64,000 nt of DNA from positions 96,001 through 160,000 of the forward strand of contig JAFATB010000023.1 of NCBI GenBank assembly GCA_019244185.1. The letters are read 5' to 3'. Below the pieces are notes generated by a model. It searched no databases, was not told the origin of the DNA, and worked only from the letters and a program-made list of their open reading frames with translations. Shown here one piece after another: positions 1-10,028 of this stretch. This DNA is from Acidobacteriota bacterium (GTDB lineage: Bacteria; Acidobacteriota; Thermoanaerobaculia; Gp7-AA8). The position numbers were made by a program, and so were the translations under genes. Positions within the stretch are counted from its first letter, which is position 1. Every line of letters begins with the position of its first letter.

Positions 1-1308
1 CACCGCGCGCAACATCAGCCTAAAGTCGAGCCACACCGACCAGTCGCACATGTACAAGAGGTCGTACCGCAACTTCACCTCGGGACGCGTGTCGTATTCC
101 GACGAGACCTGCGCGAGGCCCGCGATGCCGGGACGCACGAGCGCGCGCAGATCGAAGTCGGGGACGTCGCGCAGGATGCGCGCGACGAGCTCGGGACGCT
201 CCGGCCGCGGGCCGACGAGGCTCATCGTGCCGGTGAGCACGTTCAGCAGCTGCGGCAACTCGTCGACGTGGTAGCGCCGCAGCAGCGCGCCGATGCGCGT
301 CAGCCGCTCGCCGTGCATCGCGATCGCGTCCGCCGCCGCGAGCGGCTCGTCGTCGGCGGGGCCGCGCATCGAGCGGAACTTCCACATGCCATACGCGACG
401 CCGCCCGCGCCGACGCGCTGTTGGCGGATCAGCACCGCGCCGCGATCGTCGAACCAGATCGCGAGCGAGACGACGATCCACAACGGCGCGCTGACGACGA
501 TCAACAGCAGGCTTCCGACGACGTCGATGGCGCGCTTGATCGCGGCGCTGATGCCGTAGCCGCAGCCGACGTCCACTTCGACGAGCGGCTGATCGCCGAT
601 CCAGCCCGGCATGCGCGAGGCGAGCAGCGCGTCGACGTGCGAGGCGAGCATGAGAAAGCCGCGCGGGCCGCGGATGCGCAGGAGGTCGAGGCGCAGCTGC
701 GCGCCGGCGTCCGGCGAGACGAGGATGACTTCTTCGACGTCGCGCACGAGCGCGCGCATCGCGGGATCGCGCAGCTGCTGGGGCGCGACTTCGCTGCTAA
801 CGCGGATGCGACGATCGCCCGCCCGCTGCAATCCCGCGAGCGCTTCCGCGACGTCGTGCGCGTCGCCGAGAAGGATCGTTTCGCGCGGACGGATCGGCGC
901 GAGCGCGCGCAGCAGGCGCCGCCACAGCGGCAGCGCGAGCGCTTCGAGCAGCGGCACCGCGAAGAGCACCGTGCGCGGAATCGGCCGCACGAGCAGCGTG
1001 CCCACGATCGCGACGAGCGCGGCCTGAATCACGATCGCGGTGAGGATCGACGGGCGCGTCCGCGGCGTGACGCGGTCGTGGTAGAAGCCGCTCAGCGCGA
1101 GCGCCGCGACGAGCGAGAGTGCGAAGAGCGAGAGGTTCGCCGCGTCGAGCACGAACTTCCCCACCGGCAGCAGCGAGTCGGTGAACGAGAGCTCGACGTT
1201 GCGGCGGAATTCGACGACGCCCGCGAGCGCGCCCGCGCCGATGAGCGCGTCGCCGAGGATGAGGATGCCGAACCGCAGCGCGCGTTCTTTCGAGCGGGGG
1301 CGGATCAC
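1..1308 (-). CDS. Polyprenyl glycosylphosphotransferase (WcaJ/WbaP-like priming sugar transferase), 3' end runs off the window
   Basis: Not in the ORF track; translated by hand from GTG 1308. N-terminal TM helices, then KRAIDVV...WKFRSM...HVDELPQLLNVLTGTMSLVGPRPERPE...PGIAGLAQV...KLRYDLLY, the Bac_transf motifs. GTGA overlap with the upstream GT stop. Confidence 0.92.
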   Translation of the reverse strand, partial: MIRPRSKERALRFGILILGDALIGAGALAGVVEFRRNVELSFTDSLLPVGKFVLDAANLSLFALSLVAALALSGFYHDRVTPRTRPSILTAIVIQAALVAIVGTLLVRPIPRTVLFAVPLLEALALPLWRRLLRALAPIRPRETILLGDAHDVAEALAGLQRAGDRRIRVSSEVAPQQLRDPAMRALVRDVEEVILVSPDAGAQLRLDLLRIRGPRGFLMLASHVDALLASRMPGWIGDQPLVEVDVGCGYGISAAIKRAIDVVGSLLLIVVSAPLWIVVSLAIWFDDRGAVLIRQQRVGAGGVAYGMWKFRSMRGPADDEPLAAADAIAMHGERLTRIGALLRRYHVDELPQLLNVLTGTMSLVGPRPERPELVARILRDVPDFDLRALVRPGIAGLAQVSSEYDTRPEVKLRYDLLYMCDWSVWLDFRLMLRAV

Positions 1309-2453
1309 GGGCGGGGCTCCGCAGTCGCGTGGGGCACGATGAGCGCGGCGAGGCGCGCGAGGGTCGTGTCGCGCGCGTAGTGCGCTGACACCGCGGCGCG
1401 CAACGCGCGTGCGGCGGTGATGCGCGCCGCTTCATCATCGAGAGCCGCCATCGCCACGCGCGCGAGTCCTTCGGCATCGTCCGCGAGGAACGCGTGCGCG
1501 GCGAGCGGAGCGAGTCCGCGCAAGGCCTGCGGCGTCGCGGCGATCGCGCATCCCGCTTCGGCGGCTTCGAGCGCTTTCGTCGATTGTCCCGAGCCGTAGC
1601 GCACAGGAAAGAGCGCGATGCGGATCGAGCGCGCGAGCGCGGGCATGTCGTCGACCGGCGAACGCAGCGTCACGCCGTCGCGGCCGTCGTGCGCGCGCAG
1701 CGTCCGCGGCGCGTCGGCGCCCGCGATGACGAGCGTCGCCTGCGGACGCGCGGCACGAATCCGCGGCCAGACCTCGTTCAGCAGCCACGACGCGGCATCC
1801 GCGTTCGCAAAGTAGGCCAGGCGTCCCCAGAAGCCGAAGTCGAACGCGCGCGGCGCGTGCTCGTCGAGCGGCGCGATCGGCACGCCGTTCGAGATCACCG
1901 TCGCGTTGAGCTCCGGCGACTCGTCGTCGCTGACGACGAGCACGCGATCGTAGGCGCGCGCGGCGTCCGCTTCCGCCCGCGCGACGCGCCGCGACTCCGC
2001 GCGCCAGAACGGGCGCAGCGGCGGCGCGGCTTCGCGCGCGCGCTCGAACATGCTCCGGCGCAGCGAGTCGATCGCGTCGAGCACGCGCGTCCCTTCCGGC
2101 AGCAGCGCGCGCACCCACGGGTCGAGCCGCGAGAGCAGCACGATCGTGGCGTCGAACGGACCGGCGTCGGCGCGCGCGCGCGCGATTGCATCCGCCCAGT
2201 CGTACGGCGCCGCGAGCAGCGCGTGCACCGGCGCGCCGGCCGCGACGCGCAGCGCCGCCGCGAACGCGCGCGACGCCGAACGCGCGGCGGCGTGAAAGCG
2301 CACGTACGGCGCGTCCGCGGGCACGCGGCCGTCCGGCGCGACCAGCGCGACGTTCGCGTGCGGCGCGAGCGCGGAGAGCCAGATCGTCGCGCGCAAACGG
2401 TCACCCGAGAATGGCGGCCAGGGAAAGCGCGACGAGAGAAGGAGGACGTTCAC
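1305..2453 (-). CDS. Glycosyltransferase family 4 (GT-B)
   Basis: VLLLSSRFPWPPFSGDRLR N-terminus; FWGRLAYFANADA and GSGQSTKALEAAEAG motifs. Start placed at GTG 2453. Confidence 0.88.
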   Translation of the reverse strand: MNVLLLSSRFPWPPFSGDRLRATIWLSALAPHANVALVAPDGRVPADAPYVRFHAAARSASRAFAAALRVAAGAPVHALLAAPYDWADAIARARADAGPFDATIVLLSRLDPWVRALLPEGTRVLDAIDSLRRSMFERAREAAPPLRPFWRAESRRVARAEADAARAYDRVLVVSDDESPELNATVISNGVPIAPLDEHAPRAFDFGFWGRLAYFANADAASWLLNEVWPRIRAARPQATLVIAGADAPRTLRAHDGRDGVTLRSPVDDMPALARSIRIALFPVRYGSGQSTKALEAAEAGCAIAATPQALRGLAPLAAHAFLADDAEGLARVAMAALDDEAARITAARALRAAVSAHYARDTTLARLAALIVPHATAEPRP

Positions 2454-2527
2454 GACGCGCGCGAAGCCTATCAGACGCGCCGCGCGGCGAACCGCCGCCG
2501 CGGATCGCCGTATCATCCGCCGCGGCC

Positions 2528-3697
2528 GTGCGCATCCTCCTCCTCACGCCCCGACTGCCGTGGCCGCCGCGCGACGGCGGACGCGTGGCCATGGCGCGCC
2601 TCGGCGAGTCGCTCGCCGCGTGCGGCGCGAGCGTCGAGGTGCTGTCGCTCAATCCGCGCAAACATCGCGCGGCGCCCACCGGACCGTTGCCGGTGAGCGC
2701 CGTCGACATCGACACCGATCGCATCATCGCGCCGGTGTCGCGCGCGCTGACGAGCGACACTCCCTACCTCGTCGCGCGCTTCGTCTCCCGCACCTTCCGC
2801 GAGCTCCTCGGCGCGACGCTGCAACGCTTCGCGCCCGACGTCGTGCAGATCGAGAGTCCGTTCCTGCTGCCGTACGCGCAAACGGTTCGCGCGCAGAGCC
2901 GCGCGCGCGTCGTCCTCCGCTCGCTCAACGTCGAGTTCCGGATCTGGGAAGGTCTCGCGCGCACCGAACGCAATCCGCTGCGCCGCCTCGCTCTCTCTCT
3001 CGTCGCCGCCTTGCTGCGCGCGTACGAGCTGCAGCAGATGAACGCGCTCGACGCGATCGTGCCGATCTCCCGCGACGACGCCGCTGATTTTCTCCGCCTC
3101 GGCTGCACGCGACCGATGCACGTCGTGCCGTGCGGTATTGCATCACTGCCCGACGTCGATCAGGCGCCGGAGCCCGGACGCATCGTTTTCATCGGCTCGC
3201 TCGATTTTCGTCCGAACCAGCAGACGGTCTCGTGGATCGTCGACGAGCTTTGGCCGCGCGTGCGCGAGCGCGCGCCGGACGCGCACCTCGCCATCGCCGG
3301 CAGCGCGCCGCCCGCGTGGCTCCGCGACCGTGCGCGCGAACGCGGCGTCGAACTGCACGCGAACGTCGCCGATGCGGATGCGTTCCTCCGCCGCGCGAGC
3401 GTCGTCCTCGCGCCGCTCTTCGCCGGCGGCGGCATGCGCATCAAAGTGCTCGAGGCGATGGCACACGCGAAGCCGGTCGTCGCGACCGCGATCGGTGCCG
3501 GCGGGATCGACGTCGATGACGGCACCGACATCCTGCTCGCCGAAGACGCGCCGTCGTTCGCCGACGCCGTCGTGCGCCTGTTGCACGATCCCGCGCTCGC
3601 CGCACGCATCGGCGCCGCCGCGCGCGCGAAGGTCGTCGCGCGCTACGACAGCGACGCGCTTGCGCGCGGACTGCTGCGGTTCTACGAGACGCTGTAA
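2528..3697 (+). CDS. Glycosyltransferase family 4 (GT-B)
   Basis: RILLLTPRLPWPPRDGG; FIGSLDFRPN; GGGMRIKVLEAMAHAKPVVAT. Start GTG 2528. Confidence 0.9.
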   Translation: MRILLLTPRLPWPPRDGGRVAMARLGESLAACGASVEVLSLNPRKHRAAPTGPLPVSAVDIDTDRIIAPVSRALTSDTPYLVARFVSRTFRELLGATLQRFAPDVVQIESPFLLPYAQTVRAQSRARVVLRSLNVEFRIWEGLARTERNPLRRLALSLVAALLRAYELQQMNALDAIVPISRDDAADFLRLGCTRPMHVVPCGIASLPDVDQAPEPGRIVFIGSLDFRPNQQTVSWIVDELWPRVRERAPDAHLAIAGSAPPAWLRDRARERGVELHANVADADAFLRRASVVLAPLFAGGGMRIKVLEAMAHAKPVVATAIGAGGIDVDDGTDILLAEDAPSFADAVVRLLHDPALAARIGAAARAKVVARYDSDALARGLLRFYETL

Positions 3698-4578
3698 AGC
3701 AGCCGCCGCGTCGCGCGCCAAAGCGCGGGCGTGGTGTCGTCGCGTCGCAGCGGCGATCGCACGATGCGCGCGCCGATGCGGAGCAGCGCCGCGATGACGA
3801 ACGCGATGCGCGCGAATGCCGCCCATGTCCGCCCGTACGCGTCGCGACCCCACGTCAGGAGATCGGACCAGAGGCGTTCGGGATCGTGCGGCAGCGCGCG
3901 CGTCGCGGCGATCGTGCGGCCGAGGCCGTGGACGACGCGCGCGTCGTCGACGATGCGCACGTTCCAGCCGGCGCGGCGCGCGCTCAGACAGAAGTCGATG
4001 TCCTGACAGTAAAAGAGAAAGCGCTCGTTGAGCGGACCGGCGTCGCGCCAGACCTCGCGACGGAACGCCATCGCCGCGCCGCTGACCCAATCGACCGCGC
4101 GCGACGGTGCAGCATTGCGCCGCCGCACGAGTCGCGCGAGCGGACCCGCGCCGCTGACGACGCCGAGCATCCACGCGAGCGTCGGCGTGCGTCCGCCGCT
4201 CCACTGCGGCGTGCCGTCCTCGTTCAGCAGCCGCGCGCCCGCGATGCCGAGACGCGCGTCGGCGTCGAAGGCCGCGAACAACGCGTGCAGCGCGCCGGCG
4301 CCGACGAGCGCATCGCTGTTGAGCAGCAGCACGATGTTACCCGTCGCCGCCGCGACGCCCGCGTTCGCGGCGGTGGCGAACCCGCGGTTCGATGCGAGCC
4401 GCACGACGCGCACCGACGGTACTTCGCGCGCGAGCAGCTCCGCGGTCCCGTCGCGCGAGCCGTCGTCGGCGACGATGGCTTCCGTCGACGGCGGCATCGA
4501 CGCGAGCAACGCGCGCACGCACCGCAGCGTCATCGCCGCGGTGTCGTAGGTGGGGATGACGACGGAGAGATCGGGCAC
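3682..4578 (-). CDS. Glycosyltransferase family 2 (WbbL/rhamnosyltransferase-like)
   Basis: DLSVVIPTY, ADDGSRDG, NRGFATAANAG, LLLNSD, DWVSGAAM, FLFYCQDIDFC. Confidence 0.88.
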   Translation of the reverse strand: MPDLSVVIPTYDTAAMTLRCVRALLASMPPSTEAIVADDGSRDGTAELLAREVPSVRVVRLASNRGFATAANAGVAAATGNIVLLLNSDALVGAGALHALFAAFDADARLGIAGARLLNEDGTPQWSGGRTPTLAWMLGVVSGAGPLARLVRRRNAAPSRAVDWVSGAAMAFRREVWRDAGPLNERFLFYCQDIDFCLSARRAGWNVRIVDDARVVHGLGRTIAATRALPHDPERLWSDLLTWGRDAYGRTWAAFARIAFVIAALLRIGARIVRSPLRRDDTTPALWRATRRLLYSVS

Positions 4579-4583
4579 GGGCG

Positions 4584-5498
4584 CTACGTTACCGGAACAC
4601 GCTTCACTTCTTTCCCCCTCATCCACCACGCCCCCGCCACGCACACCGCACATCCCACGATCGACAGCAGCGACACGCGCTCGCCGCGCACGACGACGCC
4701 GAGGAGCAGCGCCACGCCGGGGATGAGAAACGTCGTCGCCGACGCGCGCGTGGGACCGACGCGGCCCGAGGCAATGGTGATCGTCACGTGCGCGATGGCG
4801 GTGCCGAAGGCGCCGAGGGCGAGGAGCGAGAGGAGCGACGTCGCGTTCCAGTGCGCGTGCAGCACGTCGCGCACGCCGAGCGGCGCGGTGAGCACGACCG
4901 CTACGGCCTGCGCGCGCCAGATCACCGGCAGTGCGCCGTAGCGTTGCTGCAGCGGCTTGGCGATGCCGAGGGCGAAGCCGTACGACACGAGCGCGGCGAG
5001 GATGAGCACGATGCCGATCGTGCTGCTGCGTCCTTCGTGCAGCGACGGCAGCGCGAGCAACAACGAACCGAGGAGGCCGACGCCGACGCCCGTGGCGATG
5101 CGCCGCGACGGCAGGCGGCGCTCGATGGCAGTGGTCACGAGCGCGACGAACAGCGGGTTCGCGGCGTTGAGCATGCCGGTGAGCGCGGACGACACGCGTT
5201 GCTCCGCGAACGGGAACATCGTCAGCGGAAACGCGAGCCAGACGATGCCGAGGAGCGCGACCGCGGGCCAGTCCGCGCGCGCGATCGGGCGCCAGCTGCC
5301 GCGGAACAGCGCGAGCGTCGCGAAGCCGATCGCGATGCGGCCGAACGTCACGCCCAGCGGACCGACGGCGCGCAATGCCTCGGCGATGAAGAGAAACGAC
5401 GCGCCCCAGATCACGCCCGGCACCACGAGCAGCAGCCAGTCGGGCGCCGCGGCGCGCGTCGTGTCCGGAGCCACGGCAGGGGAGGCGACGGCCGTCAT
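4584..5498 (-). CDS. DMT/EamA family transporter
   Basis: IWGASFLFI, ~10 TM helices in two EamA repeats; ATGA overlap with the AhpD-like gene. Confidence 0.9.
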   Translation of the reverse strand: MTAVASPAVAPDTTRAAAPDWLLLVVPGVIWGASFLFIAEALRAVGPLGVTFGRIAIGFATLALFRGSWRPIARADWPAVALLGIVWLAFPLTMFPFAEQRVSSALTGMLNAANPLFVALVTTAIERRLPSRRIATGVGVGLLGSLLLALPSLHEGRSSTIGIVLILAALVSYGFALGIAKPLQQRYGALPVIWRAQAVAVVLTAPLGVRDVLHAHWNATSLLSLLALGAFGTAIAHVTITIASGRVGPTRASATTFLIPGVALLLGVVVRGERVSLLSIVGCAVCVAGAWWMRGKEVKRVPVT

Positions 5499-5968
5499 CG
5501 CGCCGCTCCTTCCGCGACCTTCGCCGGCTGATACGTGCCGGGCACGAGCCGCGCTGCGATCGAGAGGCGGTTCCACGCGTTGATGGTAGCGATGACGAGC
5601 GTCAGATCGCACAGCTCCTTCTCGCTGAACTGCGCGCGCGCCTCCTCGTACACGTCGTCCGGCGCGTGTCCTTCGATCCGCGTCACCGCCTCGGTCCACG
5701 CCAGCGCCGCGCGTTCGCGCTCGCTGTAGAACGGCGTCTCGCGCCACGCGTCGAGCGAGTAGAGGCGCTGCTCGTGTTCGCCGAGGGCGCGGAGATCCTT
5801 CCAGTGCATGTCGAGACAATACGCGCAGCCGTTGAGCTGCGACGCGCGCAGGCGGACGAGGTGCAGCAGCGGCTCCTCGAGGCCGCAGTGCGCGGCGTAC
5901 TGATCGAGCGCGTCCATCGCGTCGTAGATCGCGGGATCGGCGTTGCCGTAGCGGAGTCGTGTCTTCAT
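5495..5968 (-). CDS. Carboxymuconolactone decarboxylase/AhpD family protein
   Basis: LVRLRASQLNGCAYCLDMH (CxxC-H) and INAWNRL motifs; AAGGA RBS upstream. Confidence 0.92.
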   Translation of the reverse strand: MKTRLRYGNADPAIYDAMDALDQYAAHCGLEEPLLHLVRLRASQLNGCAYCLDMHWKDLRALGEHEQRLYSLDAWRETPFYSERERAALAWTEAVTRIEGHAPDDVYEEARAQFSEKELCDLTLVIATINAWNRLSIAARLVPGTYQPAKVAEGAAR

Positions 5969-6004
5969 GGCGGTTCCTTTCACGAGCGGAACTGTAGCTC
6001 CACG

Positions 6005-6049
6005 GTGGTCCACGAAACAGGTCCATTTACGCTATTCTGACTGGACCAC
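6005..6049. promoter_or_regulatory. Probable MocR-family operator between the divergent genes
   Basis: GTGGTCCA (6005-6012), direct repeat GGTCCA (6020-6025) and inverted TGGACCAC (6042-6049): the two-direct-plus-one-inverted layout described for MocR/GabR/PdxR regulators. Confidence 0.65.
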
Positions 6050-6053
6050 TTTC

Positions 6054-7523
6054 ATGGGCAAGAACACGTCCGGATTGCCGTTCGTTCTGCCGCGCCGCGG
6101 AGCCGGCGTAACGGCCACGCGCTGGCTGTACGAGGCGCTGCGCGCGGAGATCCTCGAAGGACGCCTGCGCCCCGGCGCGCGGCTGCCGGCCACGCGCGAG
6201 CTCGCGTCGCAGTATCGCGTCGCTCGTGGCACCGTCGTCGCCGCGTTCGAGCAGCTCGCGTCGGAAGGCTACGTCGAAGGCAGCGTCGGCTCGGGCACGT
6301 TCGTCAATCGCGTACTGCCGGACGAACTGCTCGAAGTCGGACGCGCGAGCGCCGCGCGCGGCGTCGTGGCGACGCAGGCGAAGCGCCGCGTGACTGCGAT
6401 TGCGAACACTCCGTTCGACGGCCTCGACGTGCGCCGCCCGCGCGCATTCCGCACCGATCTACCCGCCGTCGATCTCTTTCCGACGACGCTCTGGGCGCAG
6501 CTCACCGCGCGACGCCAGCGCCGCGCGCCCGCGTCGTTCTTTCTCGGCTGCGAGGCGCTCGGCTATCCGCCGCTGCGCGCCGCGATCGCCGACTACCTCA
6601 CCAGCTCGCGCGGCGTGCGCTGCACCGCCTCGCAGATCGCCATCGTCTCGGGTACGCAGGAAGCGCTCGATCTCACCGCGCGGCTCGTGCTGCAGCGCGG
6701 CGATCGCGTCTGCGTCGAGGATCCCGGTTATCCCGGCGCGTGGTCGATCTTCGCCGCGGCGGGCGCGCGCGTCGTCTCCGTGCCGGTCGATGCGGAAGGA
6801 TTGCAATTGCGCGCGCGGCTGCTGCGCGGCGCGAAGCTCGTCTACCTCACGCCCGCGCACCAGTTTCCGACCGGCGCGACGATGGGTCTCGCGCGGCGGC
6901 TCGAACTGCTCGACTGGGCGCGCGATGTCGGCGCGCTGCTGTTCGAAGACGACTACGACAGCGAGTATCGCTATTCGGGACGCCCGATCCCCGCGCTGCA
7001 GGGACTCGACGCGCACGGCCTCGTGCTGTTCGCCGGCACGTTCAGCAAAGTGATGTTCCCGTCGCTGCGCCTCGCGTATCTCGTCGTGCCGCCCGATCTC
7101 GTCGCCGCGTTCGCGGGCGCGATCTCGCTCACGCGCCGCCATGCGCCGCTGCTCGAGCAGGCCGTGCTCTGCGACTTCATCGTCGACGGCCACTTCGGCC
7201 GCCACCTGCGCCGCATGCGGCAGATCTACGGCGAACGGCTGTCGGTGCTGCTTGACCGCGCGCGCGCCGAGCTCGCGGGCGCGCTCACGTTCTCGAACGT
7301 CGAGGCGGGACTGCAGACGTCGGCGTGGCTCGCGGACGGCATCGATAGCGAGCAACTCGCCGCGGCCGCGGCGTCGCGCAACGTCGAAGTCGGCTCGCTG
7401 AAGCGCTACGCGCGGCGGGCGCTGAAACGCGACGGCGTGCAGCTCGGCTTCGCGGCCGTCGACGCGGCGGAGATCCGTCGCGGGGTGCGCGAGCTGGCGA
7501 TTGCGCTGGAACGGCGGAAGTGA
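6054..7523 (+). CDS. MocR/GabR family regulator (GntR HTH + PLP aminotransferase domain)
   Basis: LRPGARLPATRELA..VARGTV HTH; EDPGY, TPAHQFPTG, EDDYDSEYRY, GTFSKVMFPSLRLAY. Confidence 0.95.
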   Translation: MGKNTSGLPFVLPRRGAGVTATRWLYEALRAEILEGRLRPGARLPATRELASQYRVARGTVVAAFEQLASEGYVEGSVGSGTFVNRVLPDELLEVGRASAARGVVATQAKRRVTAIANTPFDGLDVRRPRAFRTDLPAVDLFPTTLWAQLTARRQRRAPASFFLGCEALGYPPLRAAIADYLTSSRGVRCTASQIAIVSGTQEALDLTARLVLQRGDRVCVEDPGYPGAWSIFAAAGARVVSVPVDAEGLQLRARLLRGAKLVYLTPAHQFPTGATMGLARRLELLDWARDVGALLFEDDYDSEYRYSGRPIPALQGLDAHGLVLFAGTFSKVMFPSLRLAYLVVPPDLVAAFAGAISLTRRHAPLLEQAVLCDFIVDGHFGRHLRRMRQIYGERLSVLLDRARAELAGALTFSNVEAGLQTSAWLADGIDSEQLAAAAASRNVEVGSLKRYARRALKRDGVQLGFAAVDAAEIRRGVRELAIALERRK

Positions 7524-7587
7524 CACGATGCTGCGTTAAAACCGACCGGCCGGTCGGCAACTAAGCGAACCTGAAGGAGAACCCGTC

Positions 7588-8544
7588 ATGCGGCATCGCG
7601 CGCTCGTCCTCGCCCTTCTTCTCCTCGTCTCCACCGCCGCCTTCGCGCAGCTCTCCGGCGATCCGGCCGTCGGTCTCACCACCGACTTCCGCAACTGGCT
7701 GACGGCCAACGGCTACGGCTCGTACAACTTCCAGCGCTCCGAGATCGCCGGCGGCAGCTACGGCGGCCGCACCAGCGCCGGCCAGGCCGTCGTCAACCAG
7801 CCGGTCATCTTCATCCACGGCAACTCCGACTCCGCCCTCGGCTACAACTCCGCGGAAACCGGATGGACGTCTTCCATTCAATATTTCAAGTCGCAGGGCT
7901 ATACATCCGCAGAGCTGTACGCGACGACGTGGGGCCCCGCGAACGCGCTGCTCGCCTCGAACCAGTACCACTCGAAGGACAACCTCACGCGCATCCGCGC
8001 GTTCATTCAGGCAGTGAAGGCGTACACCGGCGCGACGAAGGTTGACATCGTGACGCACTCGATGGGGGTGACGCTCGCGCGCAAGGCCATCATCGGCGGC
8101 AGTGCGTACGATTCCTCCGCCGGCGGCAACTACTCGCTCGGCGCGGCGCTCACGTCATCGGTCGATACGTTCGTCGGCATCGCCGGCGCGAACCGCGGCC
8201 TCGTGGCCTGCTACAACACCGGCCCCACGACGCCGACGTGCAGCGACATCAACGGCCTCTATCCCGGCTACCTCATCGGCATCACCGGTCCGTACGACGT
8301 GTCTTCGATCCTCGTCGACATGAACTCGGTCTCGCACCGCGAGGGCTCGTTCGTCTACACGATCTGGTCGAGCGTCGATGAAGTGATCGGCTACGGCACG
8401 ATCGTCTACGGGACGTCGACGTGCCGCATCCCCGGCCAGAACGGCGAGAAGACGTTCTCGACGGTGCCGTACGGCCACATCGGCTCGAAGGATCAGACCG
8501 CGTACTACCAGCTGCGGATGGTGAAGAACCACGTGACGAACTGA
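7588..8544 (+). CDS. Secreted lipase (Lipase class 2-like alpha/beta hydrolase)
   Basis: Signal peptide; PVIFIHGN oxyanion motif; VDIVTHSMG nucleophile elbow; SSVDEVI and PYGHI catalytic D/H; GAAGGAG RBS. Confidence 0.85.
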   Translation: MRHRALVLALLLLVSTAAFAQLSGDPAVGLTTDFRNWLTANGYGSYNFQRSEIAGGSYGGRTSAGQAVVNQPVIFIHGNSDSALGYNSAETGWTSSIQYFKSQGYTSAELYATTWGPANALLASNQYHSKDNLTRIRAFIQAVKAYTGATKVDIVTHSMGVTLARKAIIGGSAYDSSAGGNYSLGAALTSSVDTFVGIAGANRGLVACYNTGPTTPTCSDINGLYPGYLIGITGPYDVSSILVDMNSVSHREGSFVYTIWSSVDEVIGYGTIVYGTSTCRIPGQNGEKTFSTVPYGHIGSKDQTAYYQLRMVKNHVTN

Positions 8545-8588
8545 GGTCGCGCGAGCTAACCAGTCGGCGCGACGCGCGTCTCATCGCC

Positions 8589-10028
8589 ATGCGCGTTCGT
8601 CTGCCGTTGGCTCTCGCTCTGTCTTGTTGCATCGTCGCGGGCAACGCCTTCGCGGCGGCGGATGCGCCTGATCCGCGCGCCGCGCGCGTCGATGCGCTCT
8701 TCGCGCGGTACGACCGCACGCCGTCACCGGGACTCGCGCTCGCCGTCGTGCGCGACGGCAAGGTGCTCCTGCGGCGCGGCTACGGTCTCGCGAGCCTCGA
8801 ACACAACGTGCGGATCACGCCGGAGACGGCGTTCGACATCGCGTCGCTGTCGAAGCAGTTCACCGGCCTCGCGATGGCGATGCTCGTGGAAGAAGGAAAG
8901 GTGCGGCTCGACGACGACGTCCGCACGTATCTCCCCGAACTGCAGTTGCCGCGGCCGATTACGATCGAGCAGCTGCTGCATCACACCAGCGGCATTCGCG
9001 ACTGGGCGGGCACGCTCGCCGTCGCCGGCTGGAGCTTCGACGACGTGATCTCGTTTCGCCAGATCCTCGACCTCGCGTTTCATCAGCGCACGCTGAACTT
9101 CGCGCCCGGCGCCGAGCACCTCTACTCGAACACCGGCTACAACCTCCTCGCCGAAATCATCCAGCGCGTGACGAAGCAGCCGTTCCCGGATTGGATGCGC
9201 GCGCACATCTTCGCGCCCCTCGGCATGTCGAACACGCGCGTGCGCGCCGAGCACACGGAAGTCGTTGCCAATCGCGCGTACGGCTACGCGAACGATGCTC
9301 GCGGCACGTGGCACGTCACGCCCGACAACCTCACCGCGTACGGCTCGAGCTCGATGTTCAGCACGGTCGATGACCTTGCGCGCTGGCTGATCAACTTCGG
9401 CGACGCGAAAGTCGGCGGCGCGTCGGCCATCGCGCGCATGCGCACGCCCGGACGCCTCACCGACGGCACGACCACGCCGTACGGCTTCGGCATTCTCGGC
9501 GGGACGTATCGTGGTCTGACGATGTTCACGCACAGCGGCGGCTGGGCATCGTTCGATACGTACGACGTCTGGTTCCCCGACCAGAAGTTCGGCATCGTCG
9601 TCCTCGCGAACGGTGAGTCCATCGACGCGCAAGCCGCCATCATCAAGATCGCCGACATCTACCTCGCGGACGAGCTTGCGCCCAATCCGCCTGCCACCGC
9701 GGAAGCCGCCACCCCTCCACCCGCCCCGCACGCGATCCCGCGTCCCGCTCCGCCGTCCCCCGCCCAACTCGCCGCCTATGCCGGCACCTACGAAAGCGAC
9801 GAGCTCCAGACCACCTACCGCATCACCATCCACGACGGCGCGCTCGAGCTCCACCACAACCGCCTCGGCAACGTCACGCTGACCTTCGTCCACAACGACG
9901 AGTTCACGACGCCGCTGCCGTACCTCGCGTCACTCGTCTTCGAACGCGGCGCCGATGGAAGCGTGCAGTCGCTGCGCGTGAACGGCTCGGAGCGCAGTCG
10001 CGACATTCGGTTCTCGCGGCGCGCGTGA
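8589..10028 (+). CDS. Serine hydrolase, beta-lactamase (class C-like) family, secreted
   Basis: Signal peptide, ASLSK (SxxK), LLHHTSG, YSNTGY, HSGG. Confidence 0.9.
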   Translation: MRVRLPLALALSCCIVAGNAFAAADAPDPRAARVDALFARYDRTPSPGLALAVVRDGKVLLRRGYGLASLEHNVRITPETAFDIASLSKQFTGLAMAMLVEEGKVRLDDDVRTYLPELQLPRPITIEQLLHHTSGIRDWAGTLAVAGWSFDDVISFRQILDLAFHQRTLNFAPGAEHLYSNTGYNLLAEIIQRVTKQPFPDWMRAHIFAPLGMSNTRVRAEHTEVVANRAYGYANDARGTWHVTPDNLTAYGSSSMFSTVDDLARWLINFGDAKVGGASAIARMRTPGRLTDGTTTPYGFGILGGTYRGLTMFTHSGGWASFDTYDVWFPDQKFGIVVLANGESIDAQAAIIKIADIYLADELAPNPPATAEAATPPPAPHAIPRPAPPSPAQLAAYAGTYESDELQTTYRITIHDGALELHHNRLGNVTLTFVHNDEFTTPLPYLASLVFERGADGSVQSLRVNGSERSRDIRFSRRA

